Shown one piece after another: positions 19,701 through 31,499 of a stretch of 41,141 bases of DNA; the first letter of the stretch is position 1, and each line of letters begins with the position of its first letter. The stretch spans positions 106,314 to 147,454 of the forward strand of contig NW_014040484.1 of the NCBI RefSeq assembly GCF_001186125.1, given 5' to 3'. A model generated the notes under the pieces. That model was not told the origin of the DNA, did not search any database, and saw only the letters and a list, made by a program, of their open reading frames with translations. The translations under genes were made by a program, and so were the position numbers. The stretch comes from Sphaeroforma arctica JP610. Taxonomy: Eukaryota.

Positions 19701-20749
19701 GGGTGAATCACATCTATAGATATATCTCTCTATATCTATACGCGTAGTTTCTTTCGTTTATTCCGGAACGGCACATATGGTCTCTGCAATGAAGCGACGT
19801 ATGAAACCCCCCGTATGGATGTGTGTATATGCAGGCTTTAACTCACCTGTGTCATTGTTGCCGTAGGGATTGTCGGCTGTGTCATCCGTGTTAGGTCATA
19901 GTTTGCCCCCGATTTTTCTTTTCAAACCGTCACAACTGTCACTCATACTGCGATACAGAAAGTGTGGACTCGAGACCTCAACTCCTGCCTGCACACGCTG
20001 AAAGGACATGCCGCGGAAGTGACTTGTCTGTATCACGACGGTAAAACAATCGTGAGGTGAGTATACTCGAGTCATGGAGCTTTTGTATTGTAAATCTTGA
20101 GGGAAAAGTTTTATCAAATTATAAGTGCATATTATTTGAACATGTCGTATCCGCAATTGAAAGTTCTCACCTCTCAGAGAGCAAAAATGAATTAAGTTCA
20201 ATCTCAAGAACGGAGGTCAAATACCGAGTGTTACATACAGACACACATTGCAGATGTAAAAACATATTCCCTCGTCCTTATAAATGCGTTTCAATTTGTG
20301 TACAGCGGGAGTTGCGACAACACGCTGCGCAAGTGGAACCTCAAGACTGGGGAGATGATCGCCACACTAAGGGGCCATGAGGACTATGTCATCAATCTTA
20401 TGTTTGATGAGAGTGTCATTATCAGCGGCTCGTTTGACAGGAGTATCAAGGTATTAAAAGGCCACAAACAAGGTGTTGAATACAAACACTGTAGCACAAT
20501 TCCTTGTTGTTATATGGTTACCTCTCAGTCCGCTATCCTTATCGTCCCTGTTTTCAAATAATCTGCCTATAGATATGGGATTTCGATACTGGCGAATGCA
20601 AACGAACACTCACGGGCCATGGAGGCGGTATACGCGGTATCAAGTTTGACCGGTGAGTTAGCCTTGCTCACTTTCCTTTTTTTTTGATTACTATTAAAAT
20701 CTAAAGCTTTAGCCTTAAGTATGCAAATGCATAGCCGTCGACTCGATTA

Positions 20750-20785
<36 letters not shown>

Positions 20786-22746
20786 ATAATTATTTAACAT
20801 ATGCTCTCGTGTTTAGGAAGTACATTGTCAGCGGCTCGGTGGACCGCACTGTGCGTGTGTGGGACATGTCATCGTACGAGTGTGTGGCGGTGCTGAGAGG
20901 ACATACGGGTGAGGTAAGTGTGTATGGCACTTTTCTAAAGCATATTTATTTTTACCGAATGAATGAACTCTTAGAAAGTATGAATTGAAGTGAGCACAGC
21001 TCCCCCACCGTACTTTGGTTGTATACAAGTTTGATATATACCTCTTACACAACACCTTGCAATGCAGAATCAAGCAATTGGGATTGTGCGTTTGTAGGGA
21101 GGTATCGTATTGAGCGTACAGCATATTTGGAGAGCAAGAGATGTACCATTTCCTCGAGCGGACAATGGTGAAGTGGTATCATAAATTGGTACACTTCTGC
21201 TGACGGCCCGTATCTAAAGACATACAATGGCCACTCACAAAAATTATTGTGTAGATCTGATATCCTTTATTCACGTACAGGTGTGGAGTGTGCAGATGCT
21301 GTACACTGGGCTAGGGGGTAATAGTAAACTAAATCGTATCATCAGTGGTGGACGCGATGGTGTACGCGTGTGGGAAGTGGATGATGACAACAAGGACTTC
21401 AAGCAGAGTCATGTATGTGGGAATTTTATGTACCTTGTCACAACTTGTTGAATGTATGTCACACAACATGGAGTTGTATATGATTTTTTTCTTCTTCATG
21501 TCTTGCCGTACATACCTCTTTGCCTCACTGCCGCGTCACCCATACTGCGCTGTTTCTTGTGCTTGTTTCAATAGGTATGATTGACATATAGCTTTTAATA
21601 CAAGTTATTTATGTCATGTATAGTGGTCCGGTGAGTACACTATTCCGTGTCTGCTCCGTAAACGGCGTATTCCTGTGCATGCAGTATTGTATGTGAACTG
21701 TACATGTACGTGCATGCTTGATTACTTTCTGGGTCCACCACCTGTAATTTTATTATTATTGTGTTGATCGTATATATGCCTTAAGTTGGAAGTATGAATA
21801 GATTCTATGGCATGCAAAATTCTGATCGGTGCTCGTGGAAGGAGAGGGATGATTCCACAGCTATGTAGCAATATATAGCGTTCTATCGACAATTTCAGTT
21901 CTGCGCTGGTCTGTGACCCGGGAAGAAATGGACATAGTGCCCATCAATGTATACATGATTTTCACAACAAGTATTCACACCCCAATCATATGCGTATATC
22001 ACTGATTCGAGTAATCAAGCTATATCTTTCGCACACCGTCTTACTATAACATCTATTATGTATATATCTCACGGCGTAGTGTATTGTGTTGACAAGATTC
22101 TATTAATTAAGTCTGGGACATACACTACACCCCCATGACATCTGGCCATTCTAGGCACGAGAGCCCTCTAAATCATAAGCATCACACGACATAATTGATC
22201 TTTTTAAATTGACTGGTGTTCACCACCAGAAAATGAGCACACCAACCTTAGCACAGCACAAGCACGAACATACACTTACAAGCATACTAAGTGTATCATA
22301 GACTCATGATCAAGGTATATGTGCTCGTGGCGTACATACTCGATTGCGCTTTGCTCCGTCGCTTGAAAGATTTTGTCTATAAACACATTTTAACCTTCGT
22401 TTTTATCTACCTTATAGTCTAGATTAGTATTTGATTCTTCATTATCCACCGGTGTAAATTCCCAAATGAACCACATTTTGCAGGCGCTTTCAAAATTAAC
22501 CTTCGAACCTGCACGATCATCATAATAATTGATTCGCCATTATGTTTTATCTCTCAGATGCATATACCTACCGATAAGGGACACTCTAACAGCGGCATTA
22601 TTAGTATTGACCTCGATCCATGCACCATCGCGTGCAGCTCCTTCGACAAGTCCATTGCCTTGTACGAATTTGACAAAAAGTGGAGGCAGACCAGGGTTAT
22701 CCTCGAACGCAGAAATAGTCTTGAAGAGATACAAATGAATGAGTAA
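16759..22746 (+). CDS. WD40-repeat protein of the F-box/WD (FBXW7/beta-TrCP/Cdc4-like) class, a probable SCF substrate receptor
   Basis: Exons ~16759-16894/16898 (MQSITDMAGAVKWFESLSSAQKREALLQFAHL..LSNLHEEI, D-domain-like), then a gap at 17037-18023, then 18206-18273 (YKSEIESNW), 18628-18739 (RGHTKAVFCLQ..SGSFDHTIK), 19332-19448, 19959-20056, 20306-20450, 20573-20652, 20817-20913, 21281-21412 and 22558-22746. Phases are consistent and give about seven GH...WD repeats. The F-box itself is not visible and is presumed to lie in the gap. Confidence 0.88.
17037..18023. other. Assembly gap (N), probably containing F-box exon(s)
   Basis: Run of N between the D-domain-like exon and the post-F-box linker exon. 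Confidence 0.95.
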
Positions 22747-23015
22747 ACGTGTAAAATCAAATCGAATATACAATTACAATGATCGTCTAAAAAGAACAGT
22801 GTACAATTTTCTACTGTGTTCATAATTTATTTCTCAAATCTGAAGTCCAATTTGATAAATTACAATAAATATTCCCATATTATCTATTGATTTCAACTTC
22901 TATCTAGTCATATTTTGTCTTCTTCACTTTCTATGTGGCTCGGGATAGATGAAACAGAATGCGATTTACTAGCAACGTCAAGGTCACGGTTATAATGAAA
23001 AGAAAAACAAAATTA

Positions 23016-23086
23016 TCTCCAACACGGGAATCGAACCCATGGCAGATGAATGGAAATCATCTATGTTACCACTACACCAGTTGGAT
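23016..23086 (-). tRNA. tRNA-Gly(TCC), 71 nt, with an atypical acceptor stem (A1:G72 mismatch)
   Basis: The minus strand folds as ATCCAAC TG GTGT AGTGGTA ACAT A GATGA TTTCCAT TCATC TGCC ATGGG TTCGATT CCCGT GTTGGAG A, a full cloverleaf with A and B boxes. Pol III terminator-like T-runs follow (TAATTTTGTTTTT). Confidence 0.88.
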
Positions 23087-24081
23087 TCGACACGTTTTAT
23101 CCTTGTAGGTTATCATACAACTAACCGTAGTAAACTTCGTGAAACAACTGCGCGGTGTATTCATAAAAATCGAAAATATTGGTAATTACGTAACCATTTA
23201 ATTATGATTATCATCCGCAGGGTCATAAACGCTGTGAAGCGTATATTGTACGTGAATTGTGGAATTCTGTCAAAACTGGAAATTTTGGAATATACTGGGG
23301 ACTTTCAAATAGCAGACATCCCCATACCTGGTGGACCCCTTTAGAATCTTCACTTGTATTGGTCAAATTTGGAATATACGACTTAGATGATGTCGTTAAT
23401 TCGTACTGCATTCTTATACTAAATACTAATTTAGGACTACCACCACTGTCGTATTTAACTGTGATTTTACTTCTATGAAGTGTGGCGAGGAGAACGGGTC
23501 TAAAACGGCGAAGCCTACCGAGCTCGGCTCACCCCCTGCGGGTAGTCATGTTTGCAACAAGATATTATTGAAGCAGGATAAGTGAGAGCTAAAGAATGTG
23601 GTGGGAAGTATAATCGAAGACGGGAAGTAGGGGGAGAATACGCATAGTAGTGGTTTCTCGGGTGGTATTGGATCTATTAAATTTGTTCGAATTAATAGCG
23701 AGATTATAGGAGTATTAATGTAGGGTCCCCAATCTGAGTGAGCAAGTCGTCAGAACGCCTTTTCTCCTTCATTGCAAGTTACTGTAACAGTAAAGCAGTC
23801 GGACAATGAAACAGTAACTTTTGAAAAACCGGAGAAAATGATACGAAAATCTAGACAGAAAATCAATTGCACGAAAATGTGTCACTCGCTAATACCTGCG
23901 TTAGGTCATGCCATATCTGCACTCATTGGAGGTGGAGGATTGCTTCATGTGCTTCATTTTGTAGACCAATCTAGTAAAACCTCGATGAGCTAGTGGGGAA
24001 TACATATATATTATACACGTGTACACACAACCTCGATGAGCTAGTGGGGAATACATTATATTTGAATACACACACACACAC

Positions 24082-24917
24082 NNNNNNNNNNNNNNNNNNN
24101 NNNNNNNNNNNNNNNNNNNNNNNNNNNNNNNNNNNNNNNNNNNNNNNNNNNNNNNNNNNNNNNNNNNNNNNNNNNNNNNNNNNNNNNNNNNNNNNNNNNN
24201 NNNNNNNNNNNNNNNNNNNNNNNNNNNNNNNNNNNNNNNNNNNNNNNNNNNNNNNNNNNNNNNNNNNNNNNNNNNNNNNNNNNNNNNNNNNNNNNNNNNN
24301 NNNNNNNNNNNNNNNNNNNNNNNNNNNNNNNNNNNNNNNNNNNNNNNNNNNNNNNNNNNNNNNNNNNNNNNNNNNNNNNNNNNNNNNNNNNNNNNNNNNN
24401 NNNNNNNNNNNNNNNNNNNNNNNNNNNNNNNNNNNNNNNNNNNNNNNNNNNNNNNNNNNNNNNNNNNNNNNNNNNNNNNNNNNNNNNNNNNNNNNNNNNN
24501 NNNNNNNNNNNNNNNNNNNNNNNNNNNNNNNNNNNNNNNNNNNNNNNNNNNNNNNNNNNNNNNNNNNNNNNNNNNNNNNNNNNNNNNNNNNNNNNNNNNN
24601 NNNNNNNNNNNNNNNNNNNNNNNNNNNNNNNNNNNNNNNNNNNNNNNNNNNNNNNNNNNNNNNNNNNNNNNNNNNNNNNNNNNNNNNNNNNNNNNNNNNN
24701 NNNNNNNNNNNNNNNNNNNNNNNNNNNNNNNNNNNNNNNNNNNNNNNNNNNNNNNNNNNNNNNNNNNNNNNNNNNNNNNNNNNNNNNNNNNNNNNNNNNN
24801 NNNNNNNNNNNNNNNNNNNNNNNNNNNNNNNNNNNNNNNNNNNNNNNNNNNNNNNNNNNNNNNNNNNNNNNNNNNNNNNNNNNNNNNNNNNNNNNNNNNN
24901 NNNNNNNNNNNNNNNNN
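24082..24917. other. Assembly gap (N) flanked by CA/TA microsatellites
   Basis: Run of N. Confidence 0.95.
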
Positions 24918-25574
24918 TATATATACATAATATATATATACATACATATATACATACATATATATATATATATATAGATATATATATATATTTAAAATAG
25001 GTAGACTGAACAATATATATAAGTACATAAACTAATATACATATTTTTCGTTTACTCAGAACAACTGATTTAATCGTGTATTTAGGTTCAAGTAAACTGA
25101 GTCATACATAAAAAGAGAGTCGAGAGAAATAGTCCTTCAGAACACATGGCTACCTAGTCCAATTTCCTGGAATCTAAAATCTACTTTACAATAAAGCACC
25201 TGGATTCTCCTGGCGATGATGATTACAAATCGTACTATGTAAGACTTTGACAATCCTACAGATCTGCACTGTGTCACAGTCTCGCAGCTCTCGCAAGAAC
25301 CTGATAAATGCAACAATCCACAAACATCAGAGCCGCAAGGGCTCTCAGTGAGTGGACTCAGATCTATAAAGGGGCTCTCGCCCCGAGGGTCTCAGCCACT
25401 CTCAAGGCCCAGCCCCCCCAAACCTCAGGGCTTTATGATTATAGGCCATCGAGTGCCTTAGTCTGTGCTTATGTGCTATGTATTGTAATTTCAATTTCAT
25501 CGTCCAGAGTGAATTAGGCTATAGACTATAGAGTGCCTTTTGTTTAGTCTGTGCTACTGTAATTTCAAATTTTA

Positions 25575-25620
25575 ATGTCCAGTCAATTTGCACAACACCG
25601 GGAAACCAGTTATACGGGCA
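25575..25620 (-). mobile_element. Possible PIF/Harbinger transposase relic
   Basis: With one frameshift, the minus strand reads ITGFP/GVVQIDWT, resembling the Harbinger GFPGVVGAIDGTH motif. The match is short and weak. Confidence 0.2.
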
Positions 25621-26514
25621 GTTGAAATCTTGTTTCTAGAAGTAGAACATTTTGAGAAGCTCAGTTTTATCGTTGTGCACCAATACTCCATCACCCATGC
25701 TTGCTCAGTGCACCTATCCGCATTTCTGCAATATTGCTCTAAGTCGGTTATGTGCAGTTGTGCGCCCCGGTGTAAAACAACTTGAATTTCTGTCCTACAC
25801 GTCGATGTGATTTTATTGGCTCTCGTCCCGAAAATATTTCGACCGGTGTGAAGAGTGAAAGTTCTGAAATCTGAAACAGTGAAACAAATTATTTTTAAAA
25901 ACAATCCAAAAAAATTCAAAAATTTACAAAGCACGCTGAAGAAATCCGGAGTAGTTCTAAAGGTAGATACGAATGATAGAAATGCCAAAAGTAATCGTGA
26001 GTTGCGGATAAAATAATACCAATCCTATTCACTCATTCGAAAATAGATTTCTATTATTAAAAATTCTTCGAACTGAATTGTTTATCATCAATTGGGTCTC
26101 CGTCTCTCCGAGACTCCCAGTCTCCAACTCTCCGACTCCTTCCTCCGAATTGTTTGAGAAATTTAAAAAGAATTGAAATCAAGATGGTGGATTTTAATAA
26201 ATAAAAAAAAAATGTTTTTGCAAAAATATATTAACCAGTGCGGCAGATTTTCTGAAGTCAAGAATGAAAATAAAAATGAGAGGTGAAGTATTTATTGAAT
26301 TAATTTTTACACCGGTGCGCTCAGTCTAATAAGCCTCTATCAAAAAGGATTGCTGGAAAAATTTGGCGTGCTAAAGTTCCAAATATGGGCAGAAAAACTT
26401 TTACTGATTCGTTTTTAGTTTCAAAGGATTCCAAAATTTCCACACTACCTCTGTGAGTCTCTGACCTCTGTGTCACTAAATATATGGCTATGTTCAATAC
26501 GAGGTTTTTTTATA

Positions 26515-26732
26515 GGCTATGAGTTCAATTTTCAGAAGGCTATGAGTTCAATTTTCAGAAGGCTATGAGTTCAATTTTCAGAAGGCTATGAGTTCAATTT
26601 TCAGAAGGCTATGAGTTCAATTTTCAGAAGGCTATGAGTTCAATTTTCAGAAGGCTATGTGTTCAATTTTCAGAAGGCTATGTGTTCAATTTTCAGAAGG
26701 CTATGTTCAATTTTCAGAAGGCTATGGGCTAT
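26515..26732. repeat. 23-bp tandem array, about 9 copies (GGCTATGAGTTCAATTTTCAGAA)
   Basis: Units start at 26515, 26538, 26561 and so on. The last units carry an A>T change and a 2-bp deletion. There are no spacers. Confidence 0.95.
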
Positions 26733-29700
26733 GACCTATGATATTGAAAACCTCCAAAATATATTTCAGATTGTTTATGTTCAATTCAATAACCCCCCTG
26801 CGTCTGGTAACGTTTTGAGCTTAGGCCGAACCCCGGCTGGTACATATGGTATGTACTATTTCTTCTTTTAATTTTTAAACAAATAAAAAGCAAAAACAAA
26901 AATATATTTATGAAATATTGCTCGTTGGCCTTGGTCCGTGGGGGCCCGTGGGCCGTGGCCCTCGTGGGCCTCGTGCCTTATTAGTAAAATTTACGTGCAA
27001 CTCCTTCGGTAAATAGATCCATGTCGCCAAAGATATGCCCACATTAGGAGTTTTAGTCGGTTGCAGAATGTGCTCTGGCATAGTGACCACAAATTTAGTA
27101 TGCTCATAAAAAAAATATAAATACGTAGTGAACCATTGATGAATTATTCTACTCTAAGAGTAGAGTGGTGAATATTGAGTTGTCTCACGGATGTGGTGAA
27201 TGTGATGAGTATGGGCTATGAGTTGGCAACTCTGAGACCCGAGTCCGCGAGTTTGTGACTTTGTGCTGGCCTTTTAAGTTTTATCATCACTTATCATGAT
27301 TTATGAGTAGATATTGTTTAAAAAAAAAGAGATAAGAGTATGAGACTGTGTAGTGTGTAGTGTGTGAGTGTGTGCTCTGTTTCTGTGACCGTGTGTAGAA
27401 TTTTTTTAAAACCACCACAAATAGAGCCACCGACACATTTATATATTTATATGTATGCATGTGTTTGTGATATGATTGTGCAAGATTGAAAGTATATCGA
27501 TTCATATTGATGTATAATTCCGCTAATCTTTCCGTCACTTGTCATGAATGGTTTCCATATGGACCTTATCCGAGTTCCAAATTTTCTATGAGCCAATTCT
27601 GTGAGCAATTGTGTGTATATGTTGGTTGTCTCAATCCTCAAGCCTCTACATTAACAGTTCCGTAGTCGACATCTGGTAATTTGAATTTATGACCTGTATT
27701 GTCACGCCCTTCATCTGGGTGATAGACGGCAGTGGGCTCTAGATGTAGATGTGTGTGGATTAAACACAATAGTGATTGTGCTGGTGTGAATTGTGCAAGG
27801 GATCAAAGTATAGGAGGAAAAAGTGGGAGAAAAGTTCCTTCGTTTGTTGTCTATTATAGTAGGCTATGCATTTGTGCCGCTGGGTCAAGGCAGTTGGTGT
27901 CAACCACGCCTGACTCTACCAGTGACAAAATTTAAAATTGGGACCCAGTGACTGACTAGAACATATATTTGTAGGTGGGAAGTGTAGTTTGCACTAGTAG
28001 TGGTGGCGTGTGTTGGTAGCCACATCAGTAGGTGGCTTGTGTCGGTGGCTCTATTTGTGGTAGTTTCAAGAATTCTCCAGTGTGGTGTGGAGAAATTACG
28101 CGCAAGACTGTGCGTCTGTGAGACTGTGAGAATGTGAGACTGTAAAGTCTTTGTGGGTCTGTGGGACTCTCTCAGCTTGTACTCAAGCAGTGAGATGTGG
28201 GTCAGTTTAAAAAAGATCTGGTGTTCCGGGACTCCCGGTTCCCATTTCCCACTCTCTGGTAGCTCTGATCTGACTGACTGTCTGACTGACAGAGATACCT
28301 GTTGGCATGCCACATGACGATGATACTTGATACTTTAAAAAAAGGGCGTACATAACTATAAGTGACTGGGACTATGACAATAACTGTGAGTGACGTATGT
28401 GCGTCTATACTCTGTAGATCTGTAGAGTGTATGACTGTAAGTACTTAAACTTTTTTTAAAAGCAGAGACTGTCTCTTGTGTCTCAGGCTGTTAATTAATT
28501 AGACCTCAACTAAAGTCTGAAGTCGGCTGTGAAGTTGCTAAAGTGACAGTGTGACAGTTTGACAGACTCTGGCACTGTGCTCTCTAGTCTCTAGTTCTCT
28601 ACTAGTTGAGTAGACTGTTGTGTGAATGTATGTATTTCAAAATAGTCAGATATATAAATAGTGTGCAACTGTGAGTCTGTGCGTGAGTGACTATTAAAAA
28701 AAAAAGGAAATAAATGTTTTTTGTTTTTAACTTCCGTATTGTTTTAAAAAACAATTGACATTTCTTTTTAAAAACCATACAAAAAGTTTTAGAAAGAAAT
28801 AGATAGTTCATTTTGGGTCGATTTATACCCAATGAAAGCGTTTTTTTAAAGGAAAAGATTTGAAGCGCCAGTCCGCTTGCTCACAGAGACTCAGTGATCA
28901 GTCACTCAGACAGTCGGTCGTTACTCTTTACATTCTGATCACAGTATTTGTTGTTTTTAAAAAATAAATAAATTGTGAAACATTTCTTCTTTTCTTATGT
29001 CACTCAATCTGTCACTATAGAAATAAAAATATGTTTTATTTTTAAAATAAAGATAAAAAATGAATAGTAAAAACAAAAACAAAATGAATAGTTTTTTTAT
29101 AACATACAAATATAGGTATCGCCAATTGGCAATTCAAAAACTAAAAAGGGATTTAGTCAATTACAGTGTGGCAGAAATATAATTGCAAAAGCAATTGGTC
29201 GAAACAAAGTACAAACGTCTACTCTGGAGCATGTTTTTGACTGGTTGCATTTAAAAAAAAAAATCTTCTAACGGAAGGTCTGACGTCTGTAAGTCTATCA
29301 CTCTTGTCTCTTCCCAGAGAGGGATATGTATCACGTTTCCCCGAATCCCATGTTGTGTTGAAATCTGTCTGTACGACTCACTCACTTTACGACTGTACGC
29401 TACTGGAGTCTGGAACTGCTTCTAAGTTTCACGGTCTACTTTTGATATTAAAAATGAAAAAGAGCAATACAGGTAAATACATATCTGAGAGACCGATTGT
29501 CACTATTTGACGTCATAGTCATACACATCGTGACACATATTTAAAAATACCATGATTCAAGTGTGCGCCAATTGTTGTTAAAAAAAATAAAATTCCAAGA
29601 GTCAACACTCCAGTAACGCATCACAATAGTCAACAACTCTGGACTCAACAGTCAACACTATTGTTTTTTTTTAAATCAATAAAAAATAGCAATTTAGAAC

Positions 29701-31320
29701 TTCAGGGCCAGGGGCCAGGCTCATGGTCCAGAGACTGGAGATACAAATCATCAATCAAAGTGAAGGTCTTTCCGATCTATTTACATTCCTCTGTGAACTT
29801 CAAAAGTCTGAACTCTGAAGTCTGAAGTTTGCACCAGTAAATATTAAATATACAAACTATGTCTATTTTTTAGAAGGCTATGATTATTTATATCAATATA
29901 AATTACAAGCAAATTAAGTTTTATGACATATGAGTCATATTGTAATGACAAAAATAGAGTCACTCGAAAGGAAGGAGAACGCTAATAAAGATAAAATAAA
30001 TAGAATGCTTATTTTAGAAGGCTGTGAATAAGATCTCATACCATTTGTTTAACATGAGATTTAATTAATGTAGGTCGTTTTAGCGACCAATGACTATGTC
30101 TATTACTTCTGCGCTTATGGTCGTATCGACAAGGGAAGAAAGCGTACGGCCAGTTAGGTTAAGATGATGAACAGCTGCCACCAGCTATTCGTCAGTAGAT
30201 ATCTCCTGCGGAGTGGCTGTCCGTTTTGTTTAAAAAAACCCCTCTCCCAAATTACTTGTACAAATGTACATACATATTTATAATATAAAAATATTGCAAA
30301 TACTAAATATATAGAAATATATACTTTATTTACAAATAGAAAGAAGAAGGAATTTACATATTTAAATACGTACTGTAATATCAAAAATCTCGGTCTAAAT
30401 ACATGTGTATTTTTTCTTTTTTAAAATAAATACAAATACGAAATCTCTTCCGATTTTAAAATTTAAACTCAACTTACTGTCAATACTTAAATTCTTGACT
30501 TTACACGAACTTCTTGTATTCCATGAAGATTTCTATGCACACATATGTCACAGTAAGTATTATGTTTTGCAGTACATATTACATAGTACGTAATAGTTCA
30601 TAATCTGAAGTTCATGCATCATAAGAATCGTTGTAGACTTGTGTAGGTCCATTAAGATTGCCTACTACTCTTCTCTTTAGTAGAGATCTGTAGTAGAGAA
30701 AGAATGAATAAAGTCCAATACTGATCCAAAACTCGAGAGTCTCGAACACTTGACTCTCGAGAGTCTCGAGCAGCAGCCAGCAGGGCACACCGGCACAGGG
30801 CCACAGGCCCGTCAGGCGTCAGCAGCTGACGATGCATATTCATTATTCTAGTAGTACGAGATAATCCAAACTCCAGTTATGGTGCAGTTGCCTTTTATAA
30901 AAAAGATGTTCCACTAAACCATCCTTTTTGACAGGGGCCATGGGAGTTCAAATACGGACCCGATTCGAGAGTTTGATATTGGAAAATGCTCACAATGACC
31001 TGAATAAGATTATCACCCGGACACTTTTTGGATTTTACAATTGGTTCAAAATCCAATCCTGACCAAATTCGAAAATATTGGCCGTTTTCTTGGTATGTGC
31101 CCTTGCAGTACGAATTTTGAATTTTGAGGTCAGAAATCGACATGCCCGGTCACCACTGAAGTCTGTCGAAGTGTCACAATATTCAAAACATCATTCCATC
31201 AAGCCTAAAAGTCTACTTTGCCGACTGCAACAAGAAAATAGTAGACACATATTGTAATGATTGTTGTACATGCCTTCTTGACCACACAGTATGTACAATG
31301 TTTTTCGAAGTCAGATATCT

Positions 31321-31395
31321 TATTGTTTCGCTCACATACCTCCTGTATCAAAGATATCATATCTTTGATACAAGAGATATGTGAGCGAAACAATA
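31321..31395. repeat. Near-perfect palindrome: 37-bp arms, 1-nt centre, 2 mismatches
   Basis: TATTGTTTCGCTCACATAcCTCcTGTATCAAAGATAT C ATATCTTTGATACAaGAGaTATGTGAGCGAAACAATA. Confidence 0.95.
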
Positions 31396-31499
31396 TTATT
31401 TGCGTCTTTCTACCTAAATTCCATTGCGGATGTAGCCCAATAGAACGTTATTGGGGTTGGACAAAATTCGACGTTATAGAGCGCTTGATAGTAAAATGA
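31359..31499 (+). mobile_element. IS630/Tc1-mariner superfamily (DDE_3-type) transposase fragment, decayed
   Basis: SLIQEICERNNIICVFLPKFHCGCSPIERYWGWTK matches the FLPKFHCELNPIERxWG catalytic-Glu signature. No intact ORF or terminal inverted repeats were found. Confidence 0.8.

Noticed and set aside
23016..23086. Reassignment of the GGA codon suggested by the odd tRNA
   Set aside because: GGA encodes invariant glycines in the HADHA and WD40 motifs in this same window.
23901..25028. Long ORFs of 299-375 aa
   Set aside because: Artefacts of the N gap plus TA microsatellite.
26515..26732. CRISPR-like array
   Set aside because: The units are head-to-tail with no unique spacers, there are no cas genes, and the context is eukaryotic.
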